DNA of 31,646 nucleotides from contig JBFMGO010000073.1 in assembly GCA_040752695.1 (NCBI GenBank), forward strand, positions 1-31,646. The letters are read 5' to 3'. Source of the stretch: a bacterium. Its GTDB lineage: Bacteria > SZUA-182 > DTGQ01. The position numbers and the translations under genes are program-made. A model generated the notes under the pieces. That model was not told the origin of the DNA and did not search any database. It worked only from the letters and a program-made list of their open reading frames with translations. Below, piece after piece: positions 1-9,199 of the stretch. The first letter of the stretch is position 1. Each line of letters starts with the position of its first letter.

Positions 1-1
1 G

Positions 2-193
2 AATATGAAAAAAGATCCTGCAAGCTCCACCATTACGGTTGAACTCACTGACGGGGACGCGGGTGATGGCGATCCAAACTGGGGTGTCATTTCCCATATC
101 GGGGGTATTGCCGTCCCCTATTCTCTGGAGGGAGGATATCAGTACCAGGATTGCTTTATCTCGAGTTTGAAGCACTTGAGAATATCACCATGA
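2..193 (+). CDS. 3' end (5'-partial) of a surface/exported protein with a choice-of-anchor-U-like segment and a CFI-type C-terminal motif
   Basis: The frame is open from the window edge. TITVELTDGDAGDGDPNWGVISHIGG resembles the choice-of-anchor U consensus (LTDGG.GD.DG..NG.I.DPGG), and it is followed by GG...DCFISSL near the C-terminus. Confidence 0.6.
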   Translation, partial: NMKKDPASSTITVELTDGDAGDGDPNWGVISHIGGIAVPYSLEGGYQYQDCFISSLKHLRISP

Positions 194-243
194 GAATATT
201 ACCACAGGGACTATTACCATGAGAATTACCAGAGAATATTACC
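178..243 (+). repeat. Degenerate ~14-bp tandem repeat (GAGAATATTACCA-like, about 5 copies) spanning the stop codon
   Basis: gagaatatcaccat / gagaatattaccac / agggactattaccat / gagaattacca / gagaatattacc. Confidence 0.8.
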
Positions 244-297
244 CCTCCTCAAGAGAGGTGAACGACATATTTAACTTTTTTCTTCCGGGGATCATGT

Positions 298-1428
298 ATG
301 GGAAAAGTAAGCTTAGTTAAAATAAATCAAGGAATAGCGGAGACAAAGAAGATAAAGGAGATAAAGGAGAGCCTCACGGTGGCTCTTGGTCTCATCGGGG
401 GATTGGGCCATTACATAGACAGAAATGACAGGGTTATGTTAAAGCCCAATCTCAACGGATTAGAGGGATTTACTGATAAGGCACTGGTTGAGGCATTGAT
501 TCAGCTCCTGCTTGATCAGAATGTAAGGGAAGTCTTCATTGCCGAATCTACATTTGGAGATAAGTATAATACCACCATGTTATTCAACAAAACCGGTTTT
601 TTCGAATTAGCCAATAACTATGGTATTGATTTAATTAACTTAAATGAATCCGAGGTAATCGAAGCCAAGGTAAATAATCCGCTGGTCCTGGACAGGATTA
701 GAGTTGCGAAGGAAGTGTATGAGGCTGATAAGATCATCAATCTGCCGAATATGAAAGTTCACTATGCAACAGGTATCTCATTGGCTTTAAAGAACCTGAA
801 AGGTTTACTGGTTGGAGACGAGAAGAGGCACTTTCACGAGGTCGGACTGGATAAGGCGATTGTTGACCTGAATAACACAATACAGGTCCATTTGAACATA
901 GTCGATGCCATATCGTGCATGGAAAGGATGGGGCCGCGTGGTGGAGATATCGTAAAACTGGACCTTATCATGGCTGGTGAAAACAGGGCCGAGGTCGATT
1001 ATATCGGAAGTCTTGTCATGGGCTACGATATCAGTGAAGTAAAACATCTTGAGTATTATGTAAAGATGAATGCCATCGATCTTGAGAAAATAGAAACCAT
1101 TGGGGAAAGAATTGAAGATGTCAGCTATCCATTCAAGAAAGTGAGGATGGAAAACATTATTCCGAAAAAGATCAAGGTTCATAACAAGGATGCATGCAGC
1201 TCCTGCATGAACGCTTTCCTTTTGTCTTGCAGCTTCCTGTATGGCACCTTGATGGACGATATAGATGTATACATAGGCTCACGAGTTGAACAGAACGGTG
1301 CATCGGGCAGTATGAAAATCGCGTTTGGAAATTGCTGCCCAAAGGACATGGCCTGTGATAAAAGAATAAAGGGGTGCCCGCCATATCCTTTTACTCTGGG
1401 AGATTACCTGAAAGATTATTTAAAATGA
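298..1428 (+). CDS. DUF362 domain protein with a C-terminal Cys-rich (Fe-S-type) domain
   Basis: VMLKPNL, IINLPNMKVH, LALKNLKG, GPRGG and the C-terminal CSSC...GNCC...KGCPP are typical of DUF362 proteins. Confidence 0.85.
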   Translation: MGKVSLVKINQGIAETKKIKEIKESLTVALGLIGGLGHYIDRNDRVMLKPNLNGLEGFTDKALVEALIQLLLDQNVREVFIAESTFGDKYNTTMLFNKTGFFELANNYGIDLINLNESEVIEAKVNNPLVLDRIRVAKEVYEADKIINLPNMKVHYATGISLALKNLKGLLVGDEKRHFHEVGLDKAIVDLNNTIQVHLNIVDAISCMERMGPRGGDIVKLDLIMAGENRAEVDYIGSLVMGYDISEVKHLEYYVKMNAIDLEKIETIGERIEDVSYPFKKVRMENIIPKKIKVHNKDACSSCMNAFLLSCSFLYGTLMDDIDVYIGSRVEQNGASGSMKIAFGNCCPKDMACDKRIKGCPPYPFTLGDYLKDYLK

Positions 1429-2960
1429 AGCTACCGATAACCCGCACTCTCTCGACAGCTTTACCTGTAACCCGCACTCTCTCGATAGCTATGATTCTTC
1501 CTCTATCCGGCCTGGTTCTCTGTCTGCTGCTGCTGTCAAATGCCCTTGCTCAGGCTCAGGGAGCGCAATTTGAGCCTCCTGAAATAAAATTCACCTCATC
1601 ACTCACGCCGGTCGGTTCAGGGGCCAGGGCTCTGGGCATGGGCGGGGCTTTCATCGCCTTTGCCGACGATGCTACGGCCGCGTCATGGAATCCAGCAGGG
1701 CTCAAGCATCTGCTCAGGCCGGAAATGAGCATCGTTGGGTATTATGATGATCGCAGGGAGGGATTCTCATTCAGCGACTCCCCCGGAGCCTCAAACCACT
1801 ACCAGGTATCCGGCGAGTATCTGAATTATCTGAGCATGACCTACCCTTTCCGGTGGATAAACCGGAATTTTATCTTTTCCTTGAATTACCAGAACCTTTA
1901 CAGCCTGAGGCGAAGGATGCACTTTCTCTATCACTATGAAAATCTGAACGAGCCTTTGCCTATCAGCATGGATTATGAGGTCACCTACCGGCAAAAGGGC
2001 AATCTCAAGGCGATATCTCCTGCCATAGCCACCTTTGTGGCGGGTAAGCTCTCTTTCGGGCTGACCCTCAATTTCTGGTCTGACAAGCTCTTTGATAACG
2101 GCTGGGTAGAAGATTATTCCAGATCCGGCAGGGGAACGGTTGGGAACGTAACTGACAGGAACGAAACGGCCGGGAACGGCACCGTCGGAACCGGCATGGA
2201 CGAAACCGTCACGGTCGGAACCGGTATGGACGGGAATGGGACTGTCGAAACCGAAGGCTTTGCGTACGAAAGCTATCGGGAAAAAAAAGACCGCTACTCT
2301 TTTTCGGGGTTTAATGTGAATTATGGGTTTTTATGGGACATAAGCCCTGTCTTTACGATCGGGGCCGTTGTCAAGACTCCCTTCACTGCCCGAATCAGGC
2401 ATGAGGGAAAAAGCCTGAGCCACCAGGTCTGGCCGGATGACCCAGCCCTGGGAGGCATCAGTTATGACCCTCCTCAACACGATGAGCAGAAACTCGGCAT
2501 GCCCCTGTCCTATGGGATCGGCCTGGCTGTCAGGCCCTTGGACCAGCTCATCTTTGACCTGGACATCACCAGAACCGAGTGGAACGGCTACGTACTGCAC
2601 GACCGCACAGGCCAGAGGATCGATCCCATCACCGGTCTTCCCAAAGAGCAAAGCCCGATCGAGCCCACGCATCAGGTCAGGCTTGGAGGTGAATATGTCT
2701 TCCTGCATAAAGGGATGACTCTCTCTCCCCGCCTTGGCCTGTTTTACGATCCTGAGCCAGCCAGTAAAAAGCCGGACGACTTTTACGGCTTCAGCCTTGG
2801 CCTCGGCGTTACCCTTGGCCGCATAGCACCAGTGGCCATAGACATGGCCTATCAATACCGGTTCGGCACAAATGTGGAGGGAGACAGCATCATGGGGGAA
2901 AATTCACCCGCTGACGTGAGGCAGCACCTCTTCTACCACTCGGTGATCTACTATTTTTAA
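1425..2960 (+). CDS. Outer-membrane beta-barrel, FadL/OmpP1/TodX family
   Basis: The ATG at 1425 overlaps the upstream TGA (ATGA). Signal peptide ending ALA/AQA, the motif GSGARALGMGGAFIAFADDATAASWNPAGL, and a C-terminal aromatic end (VIYYF). Confidence 0.85.
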   Translation: MKLPITRTLSTALPVTRTLSIAMILPLSGLVLCLLLLSNALAQAQGAQFEPPEIKFTSSLTPVGSGARALGMGGAFIAFADDATAASWNPAGLKHLLRPEMSIVGYYDDRREGFSFSDSPGASNHYQVSGEYLNYLSMTYPFRWINRNFIFSLNYQNLYSLRRRMHFLYHYENLNEPLPISMDYEVTYRQKGNLKAISPAIATFVAGKLSFGLTLNFWSDKLFDNGWVEDYSRSGRGTVGNVTDRNETAGNGTVGTGMDETVTVGTGMDGNGTVETEGFAYESYREKKDRYSFSGFNVNYGFLWDISPVFTIGAVVKTPFTARIRHEGKSLSHQVWPDDPALGGISYDPPQHDEQKLGMPLSYGIGLAVRPLDQLIFDLDITRTEWNGYVLHDRTGQRIDPITGLPKEQSPIEPTHQVRLGGEYVFLHKGMTLSPRLGLFYDPEPASKKPDDFYGFSLGLGVTLGRIAPVAIDMAYQYRFGTNVEGDSIMGENSPADVRQHLFYHSVIYYF

Positions 2961-3053
2961 TATCCTTTGAGTTTCTTTTCTGGTTGTCCTTCAGGTAGAT
3001 TCGGAGGCACAAGGGCACGATAATAAATGTGTAAGCCTGATTATGAAATGGAG

Positions 3054-3082
3054 TTGCGATACTTTAAACAAATTGATATAAT
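3054..3082 (+). promoter_or_regulatory. Putative sigma70 promoter for the coiled-coil gene
   Basis: TTGCGA-N17-TATAAT in an AT-rich intergenic region; RBS-like AGGGAG lies upstream of ATG 3186. Confidence 0.55.
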
Positions 3083-3185
3083 TGCTTAAAATAAATGTAA
3101 CAATGTAAAAATGTAGCAATGCAACTATGAATATGAGATGAAGATTAAAGGAGATTACCTCTGCACTTGAAGGGAGAACAAAGCA

Positions 3186-3650
3186 ATGGATATCATGGAT
3201 GCTGTCCGGACCGGATTAAAGGAACTTATCCTTCCCGAATTGGATAAGATTAAAGAGGAAAACAGTCAAATCAAGGTGGCCATAGAATTAACAAACAAAC
3301 GGCTGGATGATATAAATTTACATCTGGTTGACCAGAGCCGGCGCATAGATGAAACGAACAAAAGGATAGATGAGATAAACAAAAGGATAGATGAAACTAA
3401 TAAAAGAATAGATGAAACTAATAAAAGAATAGATGAGACAAATAAAAGGATAGATGAGACAAATAAAAGGATAGAGCAAGTAAAGACGGAATTAATAGCT
3501 ATGATCGATAAGGTGAGGACAATATTTGACAGTAGAATGGACCAGCTTTTCCTGGTGGTTGTCCGGAGGGAAGATCATAATAAGCTGGAAAGCCGGCTAA
3601 CGCATCTGGAGGAGGAAGTACAAAAGATAAAGGTGAAATTAGCTGCCTGA
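3186..3650 (+). CDS. Coiled-coil protein with (RIDETNK)n heptad repeats, function unknown
   Basis: 154-aa ORF with an RBS and six consecutive RIDE[T/I]NK heptads. Confidence 0.85.
   Translation: MDIMDAVRTGLKELILPELDKIKEENSQIKVAIELTNKRLDDINLHLVDQSRRIDETNKRIDEINKRIDETNKRIDETNKRIDETNKRIDETNKRIEQVKTELIAMIDKVRTIFDSRMDQLFLVVVRREDHNKLESRLTHLEEEVQKIKVKLAA
3342..3476 (+). repeat. In-frame 21-bp tandem repeat (about 6.4 copies)
   Basis: Units such as aggatagatgaaactaataaa and agaatagatgagacaaataaa. Confidence 0.95.
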
Positions 3651-3756
3651 AAACGTATATCCTGAAAAATGTATATGCGGAAGCTTGGATCTGTGCCTTT
3701 GTGTCTCCTCTTTATTTGCAGCTTCACCTTTATTTGCATCTTCTTTATTTGCATCT

Positions 3757-6700
3757 TCAGGAAGAGGATTTGGGTTCGGTTCCCATGAGCGTTCTGGATA
3801 AAACCCTGGCCAGTTCTTTGATTTCATAAGGCTTGCCGATTGCCCCGCAAAAGCCGTATTCCTGGTATCCAGCTATAACCGGATCATTGGAATAGCCGCT
3901 TGAGACAATCGCCTTGATCTTGGGGTCCGTTTCACGAAGCCTGTCGATGGTCTCCTGGCCTCCCATGCCGCCTGGCACGGTTAAATCCAGGATAACGGCA
4001 TCAAAGGGATGCCCTGCCTTTTTTGCCTCCTGGTAGAGTTTGATAGCCTCGCTGCCTTCTCTGGCAAATTCGACTTCATAGCCGAGGTCGACAAGCATCT
4101 CGCCGACCATTTCTCTGATGCTCTTCTGGTCGTCCATGAACAGAATTTTCCCATGGCCGGGAAGCAACCCTTCATCCACAATGTCTTTTACGACGAAGAA
4201 TTCTTTATTCGAAGCGGGTAGATAGATATGGAAAGTCGTTCCTGCTCCCGGTTCAGATTCAGCCGTAATATACCCCCCATGTTTTTTGATAATGGTGTAG
4301 CTGTTGGCCAGACCAAGTCCCGTCCCTGTTTTTTTGGTGGTAAAGTAGGGGTCGAATATCCTCTGAAGATGCTCTTTCAAGATACCGACTCCCTGATCGT
4401 GTATCGATATCTTTACATACCTGCCCTCTTTCAGCGGCAGGCTCTCACTGGCCCTGCCGGTATTGATAACTGCATTTTCAGCATGTATTCCGACAATTCC
4501 ACCCTGGGGCATGGCCTCGATAGCATTGATAATCAGGTTATTGAAGACCTGACAGATCTGCCCCTCATCGACCTCAACCGGCCAGAGCGTATCCGGTATC
4601 GAAAATTCGGCCCTGACTCTGGAGCCTCGCAGGGCGAAGCATACAGCATCATCCAATGTTTTGGAAATGGAAATGGTCTTCTTTGCCGGTGCTCCCCCGC
4701 CCTTGGAAAAAGTAAGGAGCTGCTGAGTCAAATCTTTGGCCTGAAGGGCTGCTTTCTCCGCCCTGGCCAGCAGACCGGAAAATTTTTCTTCTTTTCTGGC
4801 GTGGAGTTTGAGCAGGGAAAAGCTGCCGATGACAGAGCCCAGAATATTATTAAAATCATGGGCAATACCGCCTGCCAGGACACCGAGGGACTCGAGTCTC
4901 TGCACCTTTTGCAGTTCATCTTCCATTCTCTTTCGCTCGGTGATATCCCTTAAGTTTTCCACAATGCCGATCAGTTCTCCATCGGGGCTGTAAAAAGGAA
5001 TTGCAGTCAAAATACAGGAGATCTTACGGCCATCTTTCTGTTCGATTTCCAAATCGGATTCGAAGCTATTCTCACCGCCAAGAATCAAAGATAACGGACA
5101 ACTGAGGCTGTGGCACAGATCGTGCAAAAACACCTCGTTGCAGTTCCTTCCCGTTGCTTCTTCCCTGTTCAGGCCAAAGAGAGCACAGAATGTCTCATTG
5201 ACCCTGAGTACCGTAAGGTCTTTGCTGATCACGCACATTCCGTCAACCGATACATTAAAGATCTGGTCGAGTTCCGCATAGGCAAGCCGGACCGCTCTTT
5301 CAGCCTGTTTGCGCTCGGTAATCTCCTGCCGAAGGCGCTCATTCGCCGCGGTGAGCTGCATGGTGCGCTCTTTGACCAGATCTTCGAGGTGGAAGCGGTA
5401 TTTCTGGAGTTCCTCCTCCACCCATTTGCGCTCGGTAATGTCATACATTGCCCCCTGGACCAGGACCGGGTTGCCGGCATGATCGCAGATATTCTGAACA
5501 TTTTCGTGTATCCACCGCACCTGCCCGTTCTTGCGGATAATCCGGTATTCTCTCTCGCCCGAATAGCCCGGCTTTGAGCGGATCTGCTCTGAATCCTCAT
5601 AAATCCTGGACACGTCATCCGGATGGATGATCTGGTCCCATCTCATATGCCCGACGATGAATTCATTCTCGGTGTAACCGGTAATGGCCTCGACGTTCCC
5701 ATGAACAAAAAGAGGCGTGAGGCTCATATCACTGCGATAAGCAATGCCATGAAAATTCTGCACAAAGGAACGATAGCGTTCCTCGCTTTCACGAAGTGCC
5801 CGCTCGTTCTTTCTGCGAGTCTCCTCCAGGTATACCCTCTGAATGGCGGTGCCCAGTTGCAGGGCAGCTTTTTCCAGTATTCTTACTTTCCGTAAGGGAA
5901 CCATATCTTCCCGATGGTCGGCTACATGGATTATGCCAAGGATCCGTTCGGTCACGAGAACCGGAACCAGGGCAATCGATTCATGCCCTTCCTGAGTGCA
6001 GATAATGAGGTTTTGTTTTCTCTCTTTTTCCGACATTTCAGCCAGAGACCGGCTGGCATGATTCAGAAAAAAGGATCCATTTTCTGTGGAAAAAGGCAGG
6101 TGCCTCTCCCCCTTGATGATTTTAGTGCACAGGCATTGGTCCGTTTTAATCGAAAGAAGGCTTTTCGACTGGTAGAAATCCGGACTGAATCCCTCTCCTG
6201 CCTGGTAGGGGATAGTGCCCTCATTACTCAGAATCCGGATTCCCACTGCTTCGCAGCCGGTAAATTGCCTTATTTCTCCCACATATTCCCGGAGCAGGGG
6301 TGCCATTTCCGTATTCCGGTTGGAAATTTCAAGAAACCGGTGGGAAACCCACAGCGCCTCCTCAACCTGTTTGCGCCCGGTCGCATAGCGTATGGAACGG
6401 ACAAGCAAATGACCATCCACCTGCCCTTTGAACAGATAATCCTGTGCTCCTTTCTCTACGGCTTCAAGGCCGGTCATTTCATTGGTAAGGATAGTCAGAA
6501 CAATGATCGGCACACCTTGAGCATGATGAGACACCTGGTCGAAGGTATCGAGCCCATCGCTGTCAGGAAGCGTAAGGTCCAGTAAAATCACTTCGACACT
6601 CTCCCTCTCCAGGCTGGCCAGACCGCACGAGAGCCGGTCGCACCATTCCAGGTCAAAGGAAAAATCCTTCACTTCGCTGAGCATCTCCCGGATCAGCCGG

Positions 6701-6759
6701 GCATCTCCAGGATTATCTTCAATGAGCAGTATCTTCATAGGAACAGCCACCTGCCTCAC
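3757..6759 (-). CDS. Hybrid sensor histidine kinase REC-GAF-PAS-PAS-HisKA-HATPase-REC
   Basis: N-terminal REC ([17 protein letters not shown]), two PAS/PAC domains ending DITERK, H-box [15 protein letters not shown] boxes ([30 protein letters not shown]), C-terminal REC ([21 protein letters not shown]). The GTG start overlaps the upstream stop; ATG 6738 is an alternative start. Confidence 0.95.
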   Translation of the reverse strand: MRQVAVPMKILLIEDNPGDARLIREMLSEVKDFSFDLEWCDRLSCGLASLERESVEVILLDLTLPDSDGLDTFDQVSHHAQGVPIIVLTILTNEMTGLEAVEKGAQDYLFKGQVDGHLLVRSIRYATGRKQVEEALWVSHRFLEISNRNTEMAPLLREYVGEIRQFTGCEAVGIRILSNEGTIPYQAGEGFSPDFYQSKSLLSIKTDQCLCTKIIKGERHLPFSTENGSFFLNHASRSLAEMSEKERKQNLIICTQEGHESIALVPVLVTERILGIIHVADHREDMVPLRKVRILEKAALQLGTAIQRVYLEETRRKNERALRESEERYRSFVQNFHGIAYRSDMSLTPLFVHGNVEAITGYTENEFIVGHMRWDQIIHPDDVSRIYEDSEQIRSKPGYSGEREYRIIRKNGQVRWIHENVQNICDHAGNPVLVQGAMYDITERKWVEEELQKYRFHLEDLVKERTMQLTAANERLRQEITERKQAERAVRLAYAELDQIFNVSVDGMCVISKDLTVLRVNETFCALFGLNREEATGRNCNEVFLHDLCHSLSCPLSLILGGENSFESDLEIEQKDGRKISCILTAIPFYSPDGELIGIVENLRDITERKRMEDELQKVQRLESLGVLAGGIAHDFNNILGSVIGSFSLLKLHARKEEKFSGLLARAEKAALQAKDLTQQLLTFSKGGGAPAKKTISISKTLDDAVCFALRGSRVRAEFSIPDTLWPVEVDEGQICQVFNNLIINAIEAMPQGGIVGIHAENAVINTGRASESLPLKEGRYVKISIHDQGVGILKEHLQRIFDPYFTTKKTGTGLGLANSYTIIKKHGGYITAESEPGAGTTFHIYLPASNKEFFVVKDIVDEGLLPGHGKILFMDDQKSIREMVGEMLVDLGYEVEFAREGSEAIKLYQEAKKAGHPFDAVILDLTVPGGMGGQETIDRLRETDPKIKAIVSSGYSNDPVIAGYQEYGFCGAIGKPYEIKELARVLSRTLMGTEPKSSS

Positions 6760-7208
6760 ACTTCCCCCGGCAATTTCACGACCGTGAGCCAGAAATCTTC
6801 GATGCCTTTGATCACCCCTATGAACTGTTCAAAGTCAACCGGTTTGATGATATAACAATTTACATGCAGGTCATAGGTTTTGAGGATATCCTCCTCGGAC
6901 CGTGAAGTGGTCAAGGCCACGACCGGGATACGCTTCAGGAACTCGTCATTTTTTATCTCTGCCAGCACCTCACGGCCATCCTTTTTCGGCAGATTCAAAT
7001 CGAGCAGAATGAGATCCGGCCGGGGTGCACGGCTGTATTTGCCCTCCCTGCGAAGGAAAGCCAGTGCTTCTACACCATCCATAGTTATATGCAGATTGTT
7101 CTGGATCTTGGCCTCTTTAAAGATCTCCATAGTCAAACGTACATCGCCCGGGTTGTCTTCGACCAGAAGGATCTCGATCGGTTTTGGCGATGCCAGTGAA
7201 AAATCCAT
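6756..7208 (-). CDS. Single-domain response regulator, Rcp1-like family
   Basis: [40 protein letters not shown] and YIIKPVDF...FWL are hallmarks of Rcp1-type receivers. Confidence 0.93.
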   Translation of the reverse strand: MDFSLASPKPIEILLVEDNPGDVRLTMEIFKEAKIQNNLHITMDGVEALAFLRREGKYSRAPRPDLILLDLNLPKKDGREVLAEIKNDEFLKRIPVVALTTSRSEEDILKTYDLHVNCYIIKPVDFEQFIGVIKGIEDFWLTVVKLPGEV

Positions 7209-7256
7209 TTCTCTTACTCCTTTCTTTCATTTCCTCCTGCTTTCTTTACCCTTACG

Positions 7257-8660
7257 TTACATCTTTCCATCTTTGGGGATGGTAAAGTAAAATGTTGAGC
7301 CCTTCCCAGGTTCGGAATTCACCCAGATGCGCCCGCCGTGGCGCTCGACGATCCTTTTACAAATGGCTAAACCGATCCCTGTGCCCGGATATTCCGCTTT
7401 ATTGTGAAGACGCTGAAAGATGGTAAAAATCCGGCCGAAGTACTCAGGATCTATGCCAATGCCGTTATCGTGTACCGAGAACACCCAGGCACCTTCCTGT
7501 GACTCGGCCGATACCTGAATGAGCGGCTGTTCCTGGCTGCGAAACTTGATAGCATTGCTGATCAGGTTCTGGAACAGTTGAACCATTTGTGATCCGTCGG
7601 CCATAAGTGTTGGCATAGATTCATGGATAATCACGGCATTGCTTTCTGTTATCGCTGTCTGGAGGTTGCCTTTGACCCGGTTTAAGACCTCAGTGAAGTC
7701 GGTTGGCTCAAACTCCCGGCCATGCGTGCCTACCCGCGAATAGGACAGAAGGTCATTGATCAGATTTTGCATTCGAAGCGCACCATCTACGGCATAGGCA
7801 ATGAAATCATCGGCATCGGAATCAAGCCTGCCTTTATAGCGACGCGAAAGGAGCTGCACATAGCTGGCCACCATACGCAAGGGCTCCTGCAGGTCGTGCG
7901 AGGCCACATAGGCAAACTGCTGCAGGTCACGGTTCGAGCGGGCCAGTTCTTCTGCCCGCTGGGCCAGTTCTTTCTCCGCTTTTTTCCACTCGCTGATATC
8001 CTTGAAATCCTCGACAATGCCAAGTAACTCATCGTCAGGACCCAGAAAAGAGGTCGCTGTAACGATGCAGGGAATTCTGGTGCCGTCCTTGCCCCTTTTC
8101 TCTGCATCACATTCAACACGCTCCTCACCATGAAGTATCCTGTTCAGAGGGCACTCTTCGGTATGACAGAGAGAGCCGGGAAAAACCTCGTAACATTTTC
8201 TGCCGATGACTTCATCCTCACTGCTCAGGCCCTCCATATTCAACAGGGTCTTATTCGTCCGGAGCACGGTATACTTTTTATCAATCACCCGCATCCCGTC
8301 GGCTGCGGTATTGAATATCTGATTGAGTTCGGAATTACGCTTTTGCACCTCTTCATGAGCAGCGGACGGGTTCCCAACGGCTGCCTGTGCCTGAAGATCC
8401 TCTTTTGTCCTGGCAAGTTCCTCTTTTGTCCTGGCAAGTTCCTCAGTGATGCTTTGCAGTTCTTCGCTCTTTTGCCGTATCTTTTCTCTGGCAGCATTCA
8501 GGTCCTTCCCGATATTTTCCCTCTCACTGATGATGGATTGCAGACGCTTGGTAACCGCTTCAAGCTCCTGCCTCAACTGAACGATCTGAGATGCTTCAGA
8601 CCCACTGGAGAAAGTGGAGAGAAGGGCTGTTTTTTCTTTGCTTATTTTCTCTGCTTTCAT
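7257..8660 (-). CDS. Cytoplasmic coiled-coil-PAS histidine kinase (Cph1-type transmitter, no photosensory module)
   Basis: ELARSNRDLQQFAYVASHDLQEPLR H-box, QNLISNAIKF, DNGIGI, GTGIGLAICKRIV. No transmembrane segment is seen. Confidence 0.95.
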   Translation of the reverse strand: MKAEKISKEKTALLSTFSSGSEASQIVQLRQELEAVTKRLQSIISERENIGKDLNAAREKIRQKSEELQSITEELARTKEELARTKEDLQAQAAVGNPSAAHEEVQKRNSELNQIFNTAADGMRVIDKKYTVLRTNKTLLNMEGLSSEDEVIGRKCYEVFPGSLCHTEECPLNRILHGEERVECDAEKRGKDGTRIPCIVTATSFLGPDDELLGIVEDFKDISEWKKAEKELAQRAEELARSNRDLQQFAYVASHDLQEPLRMVASYVQLLSRRYKGRLDSDADDFIAYAVDGALRMQNLINDLLSYSRVGTHGREFEPTDFTEVLNRVKGNLQTAITESNAVIIHESMPTLMADGSQMVQLFQNLISNAIKFRSQEQPLIQVSAESQEGAWVFSVHDNGIGIDPEYFGRIFTIFQRLHNKAEYPGTGIGLAICKRIVERHGGRIWVNSEPGKGSTFYFTIPKDGKM

Positions 8661-8921
8661 ATCATACTACCTTCTATTCTTTATCCGGGCCGCGATAATG
8701 AGCCGGCCAGTTTCCCCGCTTCACCCCGTACTGAGACGATGGTATCATCCAGAAACGGTGATATTGAGCATAAGCGTTATTCCAAACACCGATAGTACCG
8801 CTTGGAAATGGCATCAAACTATAGTGCTAAAGAAGGAAAACAGCTTAAAGTCACAGTGTATAAAATAATTTAATGTCATTTCATATACTATAAATATTTT
8901 ATATATTAAATTTTCCATGCT

Positions 8922-8942
8922 TGTAACTTATATATTGTTACA
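8922..8942. promoter_or_regulatory. Palindromic candidate operator TGTAAC-N9-GTTACA
   Basis: Perfect 6-bp dyad in the AT-rich region upstream of the kinase operon. Confidence 0.35.
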
Positions 8943-9105
8943 CATATTATACAATAAAAATTAATCGCAATCACACTTTTTTTTAGAAAGCTCATTGTTT
9001 GTTTGCAGATTATTCCAAAGAAACGGTTTTATTGGCGAGGAAGCCCCTGATAAAGATACATTTCTTATCACGGCTGCGGAAAAATAATTCTCTAAGGTGA
9101 AAGAA

Positions 9106-9167
9106 GGTCAGGAGTTTAAGGAATAGATCCTGTCTATCCTTAAAAACAGCAACTCCTGACCGACAAT
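9106..9167 (-). terminator. Long hairpin, probable terminator of the TonB/NH-FmdE unit
   Basis: ggtcaggagt...taagga-atag...ctat-cctta...actcctgacc inverted repeat about 40 nt past the stop at 9200, followed by TTCTTT on the minus strand. Confidence 0.55.
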
Positions 9168-9199
9168 GGGATTCTCATGGGAATGGATAAACAAAAGCT

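Noticed and set aside
178..243. Possible CRISPR array here or at 3342-3476, 16173-16214 or 21070-21168
   Set aside because: The repeats are directly adjacent without unique spacers, and there are no cas genes.
1374..1424. ORF-track start at GTG 1374 for the barrel gene
   Set aside because: ATG 1425 overlaps the upstream stop and gives a plausible signal peptide; the extension lies inside the DUF362 gene.
6756..8660. Phytochrome light-sensing system
   Set aside because: The transmitter and receiver are Cph1/Rcp1-like, but there is no GAF-PHY chromophore module.
4009..8868. Multiple plus-strand ORFs of 60-240 aa
   Set aside because: They are antisense to clearly identified kinase and receiver genes.
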